NCBI RefSeq assembly: GCF_030028105.1
Contig: NC_092393.1
Coordinates: 34,263,248 to 34,327,247, forward strand
Length of the DNA: 64,000 bases
Direction: 5' to 3'
Source of the DNA: Mobula birostris
Lineage: Eukaryota
Each line of letters begins with the position of its first letter. The stretch's first letter is position 1. Made by a program: the position numbers and the translations under genes. The notes beneath the pieces were generated by a model. It had not been told where the DNA came from and did not search any database. It saw only the letters and a program-made list of their open reading frames with translations. Shown here piece after piece: positions 50,240 through 63,304 of the stretch.

Positions 50240-50797
50240 GGGTGACATCAGATGGCAGGTGTGACTTGGACATCAAAAGAAGAATAGGGATGGCAAAAGA
50301 CACCTTTACGAGAATGTAGAGTATACTGACCAACACTAAACTAGGCATGACAGCCCACCTCAGATCACTGAAATGTTACGTTTATCCAGTTATGTTCTAT
50401 GGCTCAGAATGTTGGACAATATCTAGTAACATGAAGAAACGAACTGAAGCAGTAGAGATGTGGTTTTTGAGGAGGATACAAAGAATATCATGGACGAAAC
50501 GAATATCTAAGGAGGATGTCATGAACAGAGCAAGCACAAAAAGAGAAATAATGTATGAGATCATGAAAAGGCAACGTGACTTCCTTGGGCATGTGATTAG
50601 GAAAGAGGAGTTAGAATGCACGGTAATTATGGGAAAGATTGAAGAGAAGGAAGCAAGAGAAAGACAAAGAGAAATGATGATGGAGACAGCAAGCAGAGAA
50701 CTGGAAATGAATACCAATGAACTGATCCACTTGACCCGAAACAGGAGTGTGTGGGCCATGGCAGTCAATGCTCAAACTTGGCATGGCACCTGATGAT
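50240..50797 (+). mobile_element. RTE-clade LINE 3' end with (TGA)n tail
   Basis: RRIGMAK..LKCYVYPVMFYGSECWT..EMWFLRRIQRISW..LGHVIRK..IMGKIE; stop runs into TGATGATGA. Confidence 0.85.
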
Positions 50798-50801
50798 GAA
50801 A

Positions 50802-51080
50802 GATTAGATTAGCTTTATTTGTCACATTTACATCAAAACATACATTAAAATGTGTTATTTGCACTGAGGATGTACTGGGGGCAGTCTGCATGTGGTGCCA
50901 TGCTTCTGGTGCCAACATAGCATGCCTACTACCTATTAGCCCTAAGTCGTACATCTTTGGTATATGGGAGGAAATTGGAGAAAAACCAGGTGATCATGAG
51001 GAAACATACGAACTCCTTGTAGTTAGCAGTGGGAGTTGAACCGTCATTTTTCAGCTGGTGCTATAAAGCATAATGATTAC
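50802..51080 (-). mobile_element. tRNA-derived SINE (HE1/V-SINE-like core)
   Basis: Minus strand B-box GGTTCAACTCCC and core GGAGTTCGTATGTTTCC..TTTCCTCCCATATACCAAAGATGTAC; short tandem tail. Confidence 0.7.
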
Positions 51081-51829
51081 CTTGTCATCCCTAGAGGCTC
51101 ATCTCTGTTTTGCCAAGATAACAAATGGGATCCTTTCTGTGCAAGCTTACTTCATTCATTAGTGCTTTTACCTTGCAGATCAATGAGGGTGATGCAAGTT
51201 TTAATTTATTTCGCTTTTTCTATTTTATGGAATCTCACATGTAAGAAGAGCTAGTGTTACAAATTGTTTAACTTGCATTCTGTAACAATAGACAGTCCTC
51301 AGAAACATACTTATTGAAGGGAATTCCCAGAAATGAATAATTTCATAAATTGTCAATAATCTGATGATTATTGCAAATAGCACGTCTTTGCATCCTTTTT
51401 TAAAAAATTCAAACTTGGCATCTATGAATCAGCTTGGAATTTAGTGTACTAGTGATTCATAATGTAGTCATGCAGAAGGGTTTGGTACATGTTTAGAAAT
51501 GGCTCGTTCAAAAAGTTACATGGCAGTTCTGCATCCTTTTTGTGTACATATTTTCGGAAGTAAGTTATTGGTTGTGAGTTATTAATGCTCAATCAACCCA
51601 AGATTGTGATTGCCTGGTTCTGGAAGATACTAAATCAATTATTTGTGTAGGTTATAGTCCCAGACCAATTTGATAACAGTAGCCAATATTCATAATGGAT
51701 TTCTTGAACTGCAACAAATTTATCACATCCTCTGCAATCTGGTGTTACTAAGACTAAATTGCATGAGTAAGGAGAGGAAAAATATAAATTAAAACATGCA
51801 TTTGAATTGTACTGCTTTGCTGGAAAAAT

Positions 51830-54800
51830 TGTGTATTTAATATTTCAATAATATTTTAGTAACTTGAAGCATTCTTGTTCAATTAAATAATTAATTATTG
51901 ATTGTAGGTATAAATATCTGAAATGCATAGTCATCACACTACCAAGTGATATGCGCTTGCCTTGCTTAAAGTAAGCTCGAAGTTAGACTCACATTTTCAA
52001 ACTTCCGTATCTTTCTTTGAATTAGCTTAATGTTTTGAAGTTATAAAACAGAACATTGGTAATGAGGTTTTTTTAAACAGACCTGAGACTGCTACTGACC
52101 CTAATGCATTCAAGCACAGCAAGATGCTTTAACTAAAAAAAAATACAGCAAGTACAAAACACAACTTAGCACGTGCAGAGATGGGTCAAGTTTTTTTTTA
52201 ATATTTTTTTAAAAAAAAAGACACAATTGAGTTTTTTTAAAGAAAAGTCAGAAAACAGGCATTCGGGAATTCATAAAGAGAGAGTACCAGGTGATAATCA
52301 TAAGAAAGCAGAAATGGCTAGCTATATCGGAAATATTGATGCCTTTGATTACACAACGGATAATTGGCTAAGGTATACTGAGCTAATTCAGTAATATTTT
52401 AAAGCAGTGAAATGGCCAATTTTGCTGAGTTCAGTGGGTTTAAAGTCGTACAGTTTGCTTTGAAGTTTAACTGCTCCAACCAACCCATCCAAAATGAGCT
52501 TTGCTGATAATGTAAAAGTAATGCAGGAACACTTACAACCAAAACCATTATTGATTGCAGAACACTAGATTTCATAAGTGAAGTCATAACAAAAGAGTCC
52601 ATTTCAGCTTATGTGGTTGAATTGAAGAAGTTGCCTGAGCATTGTCAGTTCAATAATGGGCTTAATAATGCACTAAATGATTGTTTAGTTTGTTGAATCT
52701 TACAAGAAAGTATTCAAAAATGGCTCCTTACTGAAGCACAACTTGTATTGAAAGGAGCTATTGAAATCACTGTTTCAGTGGAAACAGGCAAAGATACAAC
52801 TGAATTGCAGTCAGGAATAAAAATGAGTGTGAATCAAACTGCAGCATCTAAACAGAAACCTACCTGGCCAAACAAATTGTGTTACTGTTGAGGTACGGGT
52901 TTATGTACATCAGAACAATGCAGGTTTAAAGGTGAAACTCAGAAAATGCTGCAAAGAAGGATACAAACTAAGAGCAGATCAAGCAGACAAAAATAGACTA
53001 CTCAGAAAAGAGAAAGGTAAAAAGTCAAGTTACAATTTAAAAAAAATACTAATCTGAATGCTGTTAATGCAAAATCTGATAATGATAGTGTTGCAGGACT
53101 GGATACTCTTGATATTGACAATATGAAGCTAACAATAGAGCAATATGGTTTACACAGAAGGGAATGGCAAATTAAAATGGAATTAGACACTGGTTCAGCT
53201 GTTTCAGTCATTCTACAAAATGAGTCTGAGAGGCATTTCAAAGATATTAAACCGAAGCCTGAAGATGTCCAATTAAGAACTTGTACTGGAAAAAAATATA
53301 ACTCTTGTGGGATTGACATCCATAACAGTGAAATACAGCAACCAGCAAGTCACATTGAGCTTGAATATGGCAAACAAGAGGACCAGTATTGTGGGGAACA
53401 GTGAAACAGCTACAACGTGATTTGAAAATCCATCCACAATTTGCTTGCCACGTCCTCTGCAATAGACCTAACTGAAAGCAAATTAAGAATGATATTGGGA
53501 GATGCCCCAACTGTCTCCATGGTGTACTCATGCATCTTCATTAGTTCAAGAGAGACATCCTAGAAAGAAGAAAAAGGAAAGGAAAAAGAAAGGTTCCAGA
53601 GTTGTCAGAACCATGTTCTGCAGTCTCAGCGTCACTTCCTACAATCACCACAGAGGAGGCCCCAGAACCTGATATTGTTTCACAGCTACAAGTTTCACCT
53701 GCCAAGCAGACTTGACAACCCTTGTCAGGAAAGATGTTATGCCACCAGAGTAAAAAAATTCTCCACAGTGATTAAATCTTTGGTTCTAAATGGGACAATT
53801 TAAAATCTTCTATGCTGAGGATGTGTGTACAGTGCCTAGAAGTATTCCCACCCCTCAGAAGTTTTCATGTTTTACTGTTTTACAACTTTGAATCGCGGTG
53901 GATTTGATTTAGCTTTTTTTGACACTGCTCGGCCAGATTTTGCCAGAAAGCCATGTGGGAGACTCTGAAGTCAGCTGGAAGAAGGTTCTATGGTCAGATG
54001 AAACCAAAATTGAGCACTTTGACCATCAGACTAAACGCTATGTTTAGCATAAGCCAAACGCCACATAGCAAAAACACACCATCCCTACCATAAAGCATGG
54101 TGGTGGCTGCATCATGCGATGGGGTTGCTTCACTGCAGCAGGCCCTGGAAGGCTTGTAATGGTAGAGGGTAAAATGAATGCAGCAAAATAAAGGGAAATC
54201 CTGGAGGATAACCTGATGAAGTCTGCAAGAGCACTGCGGCTTGGGAGAACATTTGTTTTCCAGCTTGACAAAGACCCCAAGCATGAAGCCAAAGCTGCAC
54301 AGGAATGGCTTAAAAACAGCAAAGTTAATGTCCTGGAGTGGCCAAGTCAAAGTCCAGACCTCAATCCATTTGAGAATTTATGGCTGGACTTGGAAAGGGC
54401 TGTTCACTCATGATCCTCATGCATTCTGACAGAGCTTGAGTGATTTTGTAAAGAAGAATGGGAGAAAAATTGAAGTGACCCGATGTGCAAAGCTGATAGA
54501 AACCTATCCACACAGACTGATCCACTATGGCTGTAATTGCTGTCAAATGTGCATTTACTAAATACTGACTTGAAGGGGGTGAGTAATTTTACAGTCAATT
54601 ATTTTGTTTAATAACTAATAAATATAGACCAATTTGTAGAAATTTGTTTTCACTTCACTTTGACACAAGAGGCTTCTGTTAGGAAAGCCAAATTAAATCT
54701 ACTGTGATTCAATGTTCTAAAGCAATAAAACAGGAAAGCTTCCAAAGGGGATGAATACTTATAGGCACTGTATATAGTAGCTGTATTGTATAGTATACTG

Positions 54801-55098
54801 TGTATATAAGTTCATTCAGATACATTCTATATTGACGGAGTTTATAGCTAAGAAGGGAGCAGCGTGTATTTAATATTTCAATAAGTAATCTTGTAAATAT
54901 GTTGATGATTAAGCATTCTTGTTAATTTACATAATTCATTATGAGTCGTATGTATAAATGTGTGAATTGCATACATCGTCATGCTACCAAATGATATGCG
55001 TACTTCGCTTGAAGTAAATTTGAAGTTAGACCTGCATGTTTGGACTCCCGTGCCTTCCTTTAAATTAGTTTACTGTTTTGAAGTTACAAAACATAACA
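51830..55098 (+). mobile_element. Ty3/Gypsy (Mag-like) element with two short LTRs (~51830-52055, ~54862-55098), internally deleted
   Basis: LTRs share GTGTATTTAATATTTCAATAA..TGTTTTGAAGTTA.AAAACA.AACA; PBS TGGTAATGAGG 52057-52067; PPT AAGAAGGGAG; gag remnants; protease IKMELDTGSAVSVI. Confidence 0.88.
53830..54770 (+). mobile_element. Internally deleted Tc1-like transposon with both TIRs and TA TSD
   Basis: TA|CAGTGCCTAGAAGTATT..GAATACTTATAGGCACTG|TA; [40 protein letters not shown]. Confidence 0.93.
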
Positions 55099-55221
55099 CA
55101 ACTACTTAAACCCATGGAGGAATGATAAATTTGTTAGTGGTTTTATTGCGAGCTGTTGATGAGATCAAAATTTAAGAGACCCATCTTTTCTAACCATGGT
55201 TAACTGAACTGTTCTGCGTTT

Positions 55222-56008
55222 TCAAAGGCCAAGTTTAATGTCAGAGAAATGTATACAATATATATCCTGAAATGCCTTTGCTACGCAAAACATCCACGAA
55301 AACAGAGAAGTGCCCCAAAGAATAAACGACAGTTAAATGTGAGAACCCCGAAGTCCCCCCCCAACTCCCCCCTCCTGCGCATTAGCGAGCAGCGATCCCC
55401 CTCTCCTTCCCCAGCAAAAATAAACACGCATCAGTGCAATCTCCGAGCCTTAGTGTGTGCTAAGCAATAGCAAAGACACACTAAAATTACCCCAAAAACT
55501 TCACACTTCATTTGGAATTAGACAATCCACAGGTTCTCTCTCTCCCTGGCAAGGGAGAGTGAGGTGCCCCCCATTTTCACAGCGAGCAGGAGACATAACA
55601 ACAACACACTGGTTTATGATCTTAAAAGTTTGTTTCATCGGTTTTTTCAAACTCTGTGTTCAAAGATCACAAAGACCTTGGGTCTTCTGGCCCACAGTGA
55701 AAGATTTTCCAGCTTCCCCGACGACACGAGTCTCCAGCCGTGACAGCGACCCTCGATCCACCCGCCTCCAGGGCCCCAAGATCTTAGGTTTCCGAACATG
55801 ATCGAGATTCTCAGGCCAAGCTCTTGGCATGTCAAATAGTGGCCAGTCATGGAAACCTGAGAACGGGTCCCATTCCCGCAAAGAACCAAAGCCTGCGTGT
55901 AACTCCAGGTCAGGGTCTTCAAAAGAACCCCGAAAGGAAAAAATAAAGATATTAAAGGTAGAAATAGAGCTGTTTCTGAAGATGAAAGCATTAGGCACCA
56001 TCATCCCT
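55222..56008 (-). mobile_element. Non-coding non-autonomous retroelement
   Basis: Minus strand starts GGATGATGGTGCC and ends TGACATTAAAC; second partial copy at 38573. Confidence 0.65.
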
Positions 56009-56130
56009 CCTAACCAAAGCAGAAATATTTGGAACTACCTCATTGCAGTGTCTGAATCTGTATTTCCTATTTGCTGAAATTGCAAAGTCAAATTGTTTTA
56101 TGTTAACATTTATTTTCTACTTTCTTCTAG

Positions 56131-56519
56131 GACAATGTAGAAAGGATAGATGCTTTGGAGACAAGTGTTGAATATTTTATTGAGAAGTATGAGAAACCTT
56201 ATAAGCCTGTGGTACTGATAAATGCTGAGCGAGGATGGGCAGCACATGAAAAGTGGACACTGGAGCGATTAAAGCGCAAGTACAGGAATCAAAAATTTAA
56301 GTGTGGGGAAGACAACGATGGTTATTCTGTTAAAATGAAGATGAAGTATTACGCTGACTATATGGAAACTACAAAAGATGATAGTCCTCTGTACATTTTT
56401 GACAGTAGCTATGGGGAGCATCCTAAAAGAAGGAAACTTTTAGAAGATTATGAAGTGCCAAAATATTTCAAGGATGATTTGTTCCAGTTTGCAGGGGAAA
56501 AGCGAAGACCTCCATACAG
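56131..56519 (+). CDS. JMJD6: JMJD6 exon 2 (389 nt)
   Basis: Acceptor TTCTTCTAG; [49 protein letters not shown]; donor CAG|GTAATA. Confidence 0.97.
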
Positions 56520-57361
56520 GTAATAGCAGCCTGGACAAATCTGTTTTCATTGCTGCCTGTATATTTTCAGCATGTATAAGGTAGCTTCTCTATCCCAAAA
56601 GCCTTGGGTGGAATTTCTATATTTCAAGTTGAAATTGTGTGGAAGGTCCACTTGGAACTCTGGAGTCTTGTTTTTTTTATATATTAGAGAAGGCTGTGAG
56701 CTATAATAATGCAGAACAATAGATTCTGTTTTACATTGGAAGTCACCCTGATGGGTATCTGGCAATTATTGATCTTTAATAAAAAGAAAATGAGAAAATG
56801 ATTGATCTTTTAAACATGGTTCTGCCTAAATACCCATGATTTTGAAAGAACTATTCAAAAGGATACTCCTTTGTTGAAAAAGATATTTTAAGAAAATATG
56901 CAAAGAATTGAGAAAATAGTACTAAGATTCGCTTTCAGTAAGGAAGGGCCAAATATTTTTGGACTGCTTTCTCAGGATGGGAAATGAGTACATCTTGTGA
57001 GTCAGTTTTATTCAGCAATCCCATTCATATTATCAAAAGCAACTACAGCTTGAAGTTCTTTATCAGTGGTAGCTTTTTGCAATATTGGAATATATTGTAG
57101 GTAAAGCATCCCACTCAGATGGTTTTCTTTTCCTTGACAATTCTATCCAAAATATTATTAACTGTGATGATAGTTAATTTGATTTTTTTGTGTAAACTTT
57201 GAACATGTATGCAGAAGCAATGGAACAGAGTTACATCAAGAATTCTGAAGTCTTAAGTTCAGAGGAAACAGTCACCTAATCGGTGTCAGAAATAGGCCTG
57301 CAACCTAGCCTTGGAAGACCTTTTTTGCACAAAACCACTTAATTTTCTACAACCTACCTTA

Positions 57362-58075
57362 AGCCATAAGACATAGGAGCAGAATTAACCATTCGGCTCA
57401 ACAAGTCTGCTCTGCCATTCCATCGTGGCTGATTCTAGATCCCACTCAAGCCCCTACACCTGCTTTTTTCCCATATCCTTTGATGCCCTGACCGATCTGG
57501 AAACTCAACTTCTGCCTTAAATATACCCAATGACTTGACCTCCACCACAGTCTGTGGCAGAGCATTCCATGGATTTAATACTCTCTGGTTTAAAAAAAGT
57601 TCCTCCTTACCTCTATTCTAAAGGGTTGTCCCTCAATTTTGAGGTTGTGCCTTCTAGTTCCAGATACCCCCACCAGAGAAAACATCCTCTCCACATGCAC
57701 CATATCTAGTCCCTTCAATTTTCGGTAGGCTTCAATGAGATCCCTCCTGCATTATAAATTCCATTGAGTACGGGCCCAAAGCTGCCAGGTGCTCATTTTA
57801 ACCCTTTCATTCCTGGAATCATCCTTGTGAACCTCCACTGGACACTCTCCAATGACAATACATCCTTTCTGAGATGTTGGGCCCAAAACCATTGACAATA
57901 CTCTAAATGTGGCCTGACTAGATTCTTGTAAAGGCTCAGCATTGTCTCCTTGCTTTTTGTATTTATTTACCTTGAAATGGATGCCAACATTACATTTGCT
58001 TTCTTTTCCACCGACTCAACCTGTAAACTAACCTTCTGGTAGTCTCACAGGAGGATTCTTAAGTCTCTCTGGACC
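57362..58075 (-). mobile_element. CR1 LINE 3' fragment
   Basis: Terminal motif CCATAAGACATAGGAGCAGAAT; RPHLEYCQWFW remnant. Confidence 0.85.
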
Positions 58076-58614
58076 TTGGCTTATTCAATTGTACCTTGAC
58101 CTCTTCATGTAATTATATCAGGGAAATAGCCTCTTGACATTTTAATCCACCACATCACCGAGTCCCAAATAGCTGCTCTTCATGATGGCATTATAAATGA
58201 ATCTGACTTTTTTTTTTGTGGCTTCTTGTTAATGTTCAAGATGCCAGCAAAGAAAACAATGACAGGGAACTGTGCAGGAAATTAATCTGAACACTGGTTG
58301 GAAGAGGGTTCCAAATTGGAAAAGTAGAATCTCTCTGATCTTGTATGTGGAGTTGAGTTTGACATACAAGATCAGAGGGGAAGTAAAAGTTGACCTATGA
58401 CCTATAATTTGGAGAGATGTCATAAGGGGTGTGAAGAGTGAAGTTTCAATGACATTGTGTATGTTTGGTAGAATAGAGTGGCATTTATTTTATCCTTTCG
58501 TTTTCCTATTTTCATTTTTTCACCAAGTAATATACTTACATCTGTCATTGAGAGTGACTTTCTGAATGACCATATGAGACCTTTTTGGAAGAAAAGGTTA
58601 AAGGTTTTACTACA

Positions 58615-59798
58615 CATTTTTTTGCAATTTATTTTTTTTATTGAATTTCATCATCAAACAAACATTTCCATAAGATGTATTTCAGATACTGTACATATAT
58701 ATCGTAATCATATTTGTCACAAATCTCCACATAATATTTATCTGAGGTATACACTTATAGAAAGGAGAAGAGAGAGAACAATCGAAAGAAAAACTATGTA
58801 CAGAGTTGGGAGTAATTTTTTTTTTACAACATATTCATTGACTTGTGAGAATAAAATCAGGCCTATGAGGTGTTATGTAGTTAAACCATTTTTTTCCAGT
58901 ATGAATAAAATTGTTCCAACTTATTAACAGATGATAGTATCTTCTCCATTTTGTAAATGTCCATTGTAATTTCCATCCATACATTTAAAGTTGGGCTTTT
59001 CTGTGATAACCATTTCCTGGTAAGGGTCTTTTTACCAGCCACCAGCAGTACATTCATTAAATATTTATCTCTTTTCAACCATTCTTGAGGTATATACCCA
59101 AAATATATGGTCTTACTCTGTAAGGGTATTTCACATTTAAAGATGTCTTGTAGGGCATTATGTATCCCACTCCAATAGTCTTTGATAACAGGGCATTCCC
59201 AGAAAATATGATAATAGTTTGCATTTTGATTTCCACAATTTCTCCAGCAAGCAGGGGGGTTACTATTATAATGGGATTTCTGAGAGGGTGTAATAAAATA
59301 TCTTATCAAGTTTTTCCACTCGAACTCCCTGCATTTCTGTGAACTGGTACACTTCCATTGATACCTCCATATTATTGTCCAGTCTTCCTCATGTTATTAT
59401 CCCTCCTTCGTCCTTCCATTTTGTTTTAATGTATGAAGTCGAATGTGTTTTAAGATTTGACAAACCCTTATAAACGCTTGAAATTATTCTACTACCGTTG
59501 TCTGAATTATATGCTTTTCTAAATATCTCTATCAGACATGTACTTGCCTTGGTTACATTTTTAACCGTCCTATTTACATACTGTCGCATCTGTAAATACC
59601 GGTGAAAGTCTTGTTTTTCTAATAAGTGTTTCTCTTTGAGCATTTCAAAACTGAACAGTGTTCCGTCTTTCATTGTAGTGCAAATAGCTGTTATTCCTTT
59701 AGCTGTCCAGTCCTTAAATCTAGCATCCAGTTTATTCGGCGTAAAGCCCGAGTCATATGCACACCATTTAAGAATTTGCAATGTCTCCCTCTAGTTGA
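58615..59798 (-). mobile_element. L1/Tx1-clade LINE, 5'-truncated, with poly(A) tail
   Basis: C-terminal CWRNC..HIFWECP knuckle; AATAAA and A-tail at 58617-58642; candidate TSD TTACTACA (58607-58614 / 59799-59806). Confidence 0.85.
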
Positions 59799-59806
59799 TT
59801 ACTACA

Positions 59807-60765
59807 GCTCCAATGCCATGTTTAAGTTTTCTGGCGACACCGCCATTTGTCTGGCTAAATTAAAGGTGGTGATGAATCAGCACATAGGAGAGAGATTGAA
59901 AATCTGGCTGAGTGGTGCCACAGCAACAATCTCACACTCAATGTCAGAAAAACAAAAGAGCTGTATATTGACTACTGAAGGAAGAAACTGGAGGTTGATG
60001 AGCTGATCCTCATCAGGGGCTCAGTGGTGGAGAGGATCAGCAACGTTAGATTCCTCGGTGTTATCATTTCAGAGGATCTGTCCTGGGTCACACACTGCCA
60101 TTACAAAGAAGGCATGGTAGCACTCAGAAGTTTGTGAAGATTCAGCATGTCATTTAAAACTTTGACAAACTTCTTTAGATGTGTGGTTGAGAGCACAGTG
60201 ACTGGTTGCATCACAGCCTGGTATGGAAACACCAATGCCCTTGAACAGAAAAAGCCTACAAAAAGTACTGGATACAGCACAGTACATCAAGGATAAAGCC
60301 CTCCTACTGAGCACATCTATAAGGAGCATTGTTGCTGAAAAGTAGTATCCATCTTCAAGGGAACCCGTGTCCAGGCTATGCTCACTTCTCATTGTTGCCA
60401 TCAGGAGGGAATTGCCCAGGCCTCAGGTCCGACACTGCCCAGTTCAGGAACAATTACAGTATTTTCCTTCAACCATTAAGCTCTTGAGCCAGAGGGGACA
60501 ACTTCACTCACCCGAACACTGAACTGATTCCACAATCTATAGACTCACTTTCAAGGACTCTACAACCTATGTTCTCGATATTTATTTAATATTTTGTTTT
60601 TCTCTCTTTTGGTATTTGCATAGTTTGTTGTCTTTTACACATTGGTGGTTTGTCTTTTTGTGAGGTTTTTCCTTGATTCTTGTGCATCTTTGTATTTATT
60701 GTGAATGCCCACAAGAAAATGAATCTTGGTAGAATATACTTTGATAATGAATTTACTTTGAACTT
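59807..60765 (+). mobile_element. Rex1/Babar 3' fragment
   Basis: SSNAMFKFSGDT (FADD-like), NFFRCVVESTVTGCIT; 3' UTR like 40780-41020. Confidence 0.82.
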
Positions 60766-60842
60766 AAAAGTTTTTTTTGCAGGAAGAATATTTCTAGTGT
60801 GTTCCATTAACAAAAGATGAATGACATCAAGATCAATATTGA

Positions 60843-61262
<420 letters not shown>

Positions 61263-62647
61263 TAAAAAGTCATAATGCCTAAGTGAACCTTTTTTAACAT
61301 TTTTTTATTTATAGGTGATACTGCTATTTCTCCCATTCAGTCAACAGTAACAATATGTCCACTTTCAAAAATGACTGAATTGTTAGAAAGATTATTTTGT
61401 TTTGGTTGTATTTCTAGCTGGCATTGAGAATCTTCAGGACTCAGTGCATGTTGGTGCACACTTTTGAGACATAGGACAATTGATTTGCAGTGGATCTGGG
61501 AAAGACAGAAGTTTATTAATATTGTGCTGTGATGGAATGACAAATTTCTGCATTCATGAGAATTCTGTGTTACAAAAATGGGCCTCAATACTCATTTGTT
61601 TTTTTTCCTCATTCTAAACTTTATGTAGGCCCGGATGTCTTTGTGGTATTCTATTCGAATAAGTGTAACATCCAATCTGTGTAAAAATGCTCATCTTTGC
61701 CATGATTGAGAGTTTGTCTCCACGCAGACCACAGATGAAACTTGTTTTTCTCTAGCTCTGTATAACTCTTAAGTGATAATTTAACCATTCAGCCTTCTGA
61801 CTTGGTTCATCCTTATTATGTTTGGCATACATATGTCAATTGTTTGTCTCTTATGTTAAGTAGAATCAGCTCTTCTGGATTCAGAACTGATAGGTTTAGA
61901 ATTTGCCACTGAAACTGAAGCTATGTTATTTTGTGCAAAATAGTTAAGAGTGAAAAGAATATATATACATCACTTTAGAAGAATGAAATATTTGTGCTGT
62001 GATATACTGAGAAAATTCATTTTCAAGTTGATTGTCATTCTCTCCACTACAGTAAATACAATGCTACGAGTCAAGGTTCACATAAAAAATCTTATTTCTT
62101 GCCCATAAATATAAGTTCTTGCAGTTAATGTAGGGGAATTTAATAGGTTAGCTGGCATTTATTTTCATGCTGTGAAGATAAAGCTTAAAGATGTTAAAGC
62201 TTTAATGAGTTGTAGGGATTGCTGGATCTGGAGGTTTGGAGGTTGAATTGAGAAAGCTAGTATTTTTCAATAAGTTGTATCAAAGTCATGATTTGACTGA
62301 CTAGCAATTATTGTTCATTACCCAGATAATAGACCCATTCAGCCACTCCAAGATGGCCATCTTTCTGTACTCATCAGGATGCGTCTGTCAGTGCTGCAAA
62401 TTAGTGTCCATTTGCAAACTTTTGATTTCAACACTTCAAGGTGATTTATAAGAAGGAAAATGTATTACTAGTTTTCCCATAATGACCTTTGATTATTTTG
62501 GAAAACATAGAAAAAAAGACTTCCTTTTGGTTGTAATAGCAAGGTGAAAAAATAAGTCATGGATTCCTTTAATCCTGGGTAAACGTATACTACTTTAAAT
62601 GAGAATTAAAAATGTGGTTCTTACAAAATGTTCATTTTACCTTTCAG

Positions 62648-62783
62648 GTGGATGGTGGCACGTGGTACTCAATATGGATCATACTATTGCTGTTACTCAA
62701 AATTTTGCCAGCGCAACCAACTTTCCTGTGGTCTGGCATAAAACCGTTAGAGGACGCCCTAAATTGTCCAGAAAGTGGTACAG
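62648..62783 (+). CDS. JMJD6: JMJD6 exon 4 (136 nt), distal His ligand; gene continues beyond window
   Basis: [46 protein letters not shown]; AG/GT bounded. Confidence 0.97.
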
Positions 62784-62969
62784 GTAATTTCAGACAGAGT
62801 GTTCTTTGGAATGAAGCAGGAGATACTGCTTTCAAAATGTTTGTGATTGTGCCTGATGTAAATTATTTCAGAAATAATAGTGAATGGAAAATATCTTTCT
62901 TTTAATGTATTACTTCAGTTTCATGTGCTGCATGTTCTGGCATCTCTAAACCTAAATGTTTGAAACTAT

Positions 62970-63304
62970 AGTGAGCAAACAGTTCAGAATGGTCTTACTG
63001 CTTATTTATTGCCAACTATCAGAGTCCAAAATCACTGCTTTTGAACACAAACACACGCAACTGATGCTATTTTAAAAATGTCTGCTCTAAGCATGCTGGA
63101 GCATAAAATGGCCATACAAGTGTGCGTAACTGACACTAGTTATAAACTATTTGGCAACAGTCTCCTGCCCCAATTAAGCAGTATAGTGTCCCACATAAAC
63201 TGAGAATCTCAGCAATTTTCTTGTTTAGTTTTTGTTCTTTAAGTGTTGTCTCAAATAAACAGCTACCCTGATTAACAGCTGGCCCAGTTAACCAGAATCC
63301 ACTG
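62970..63304. mobile_element. Tc1/pogo-type MITE remnant; related fragment at ~63640-63823
   Basis: Terminus CCCAGTTAACCAGAATCCACTG|TA; similar CCTAGTTAACTGGAATCAACTA at 63802-63823. Confidence 0.45.
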
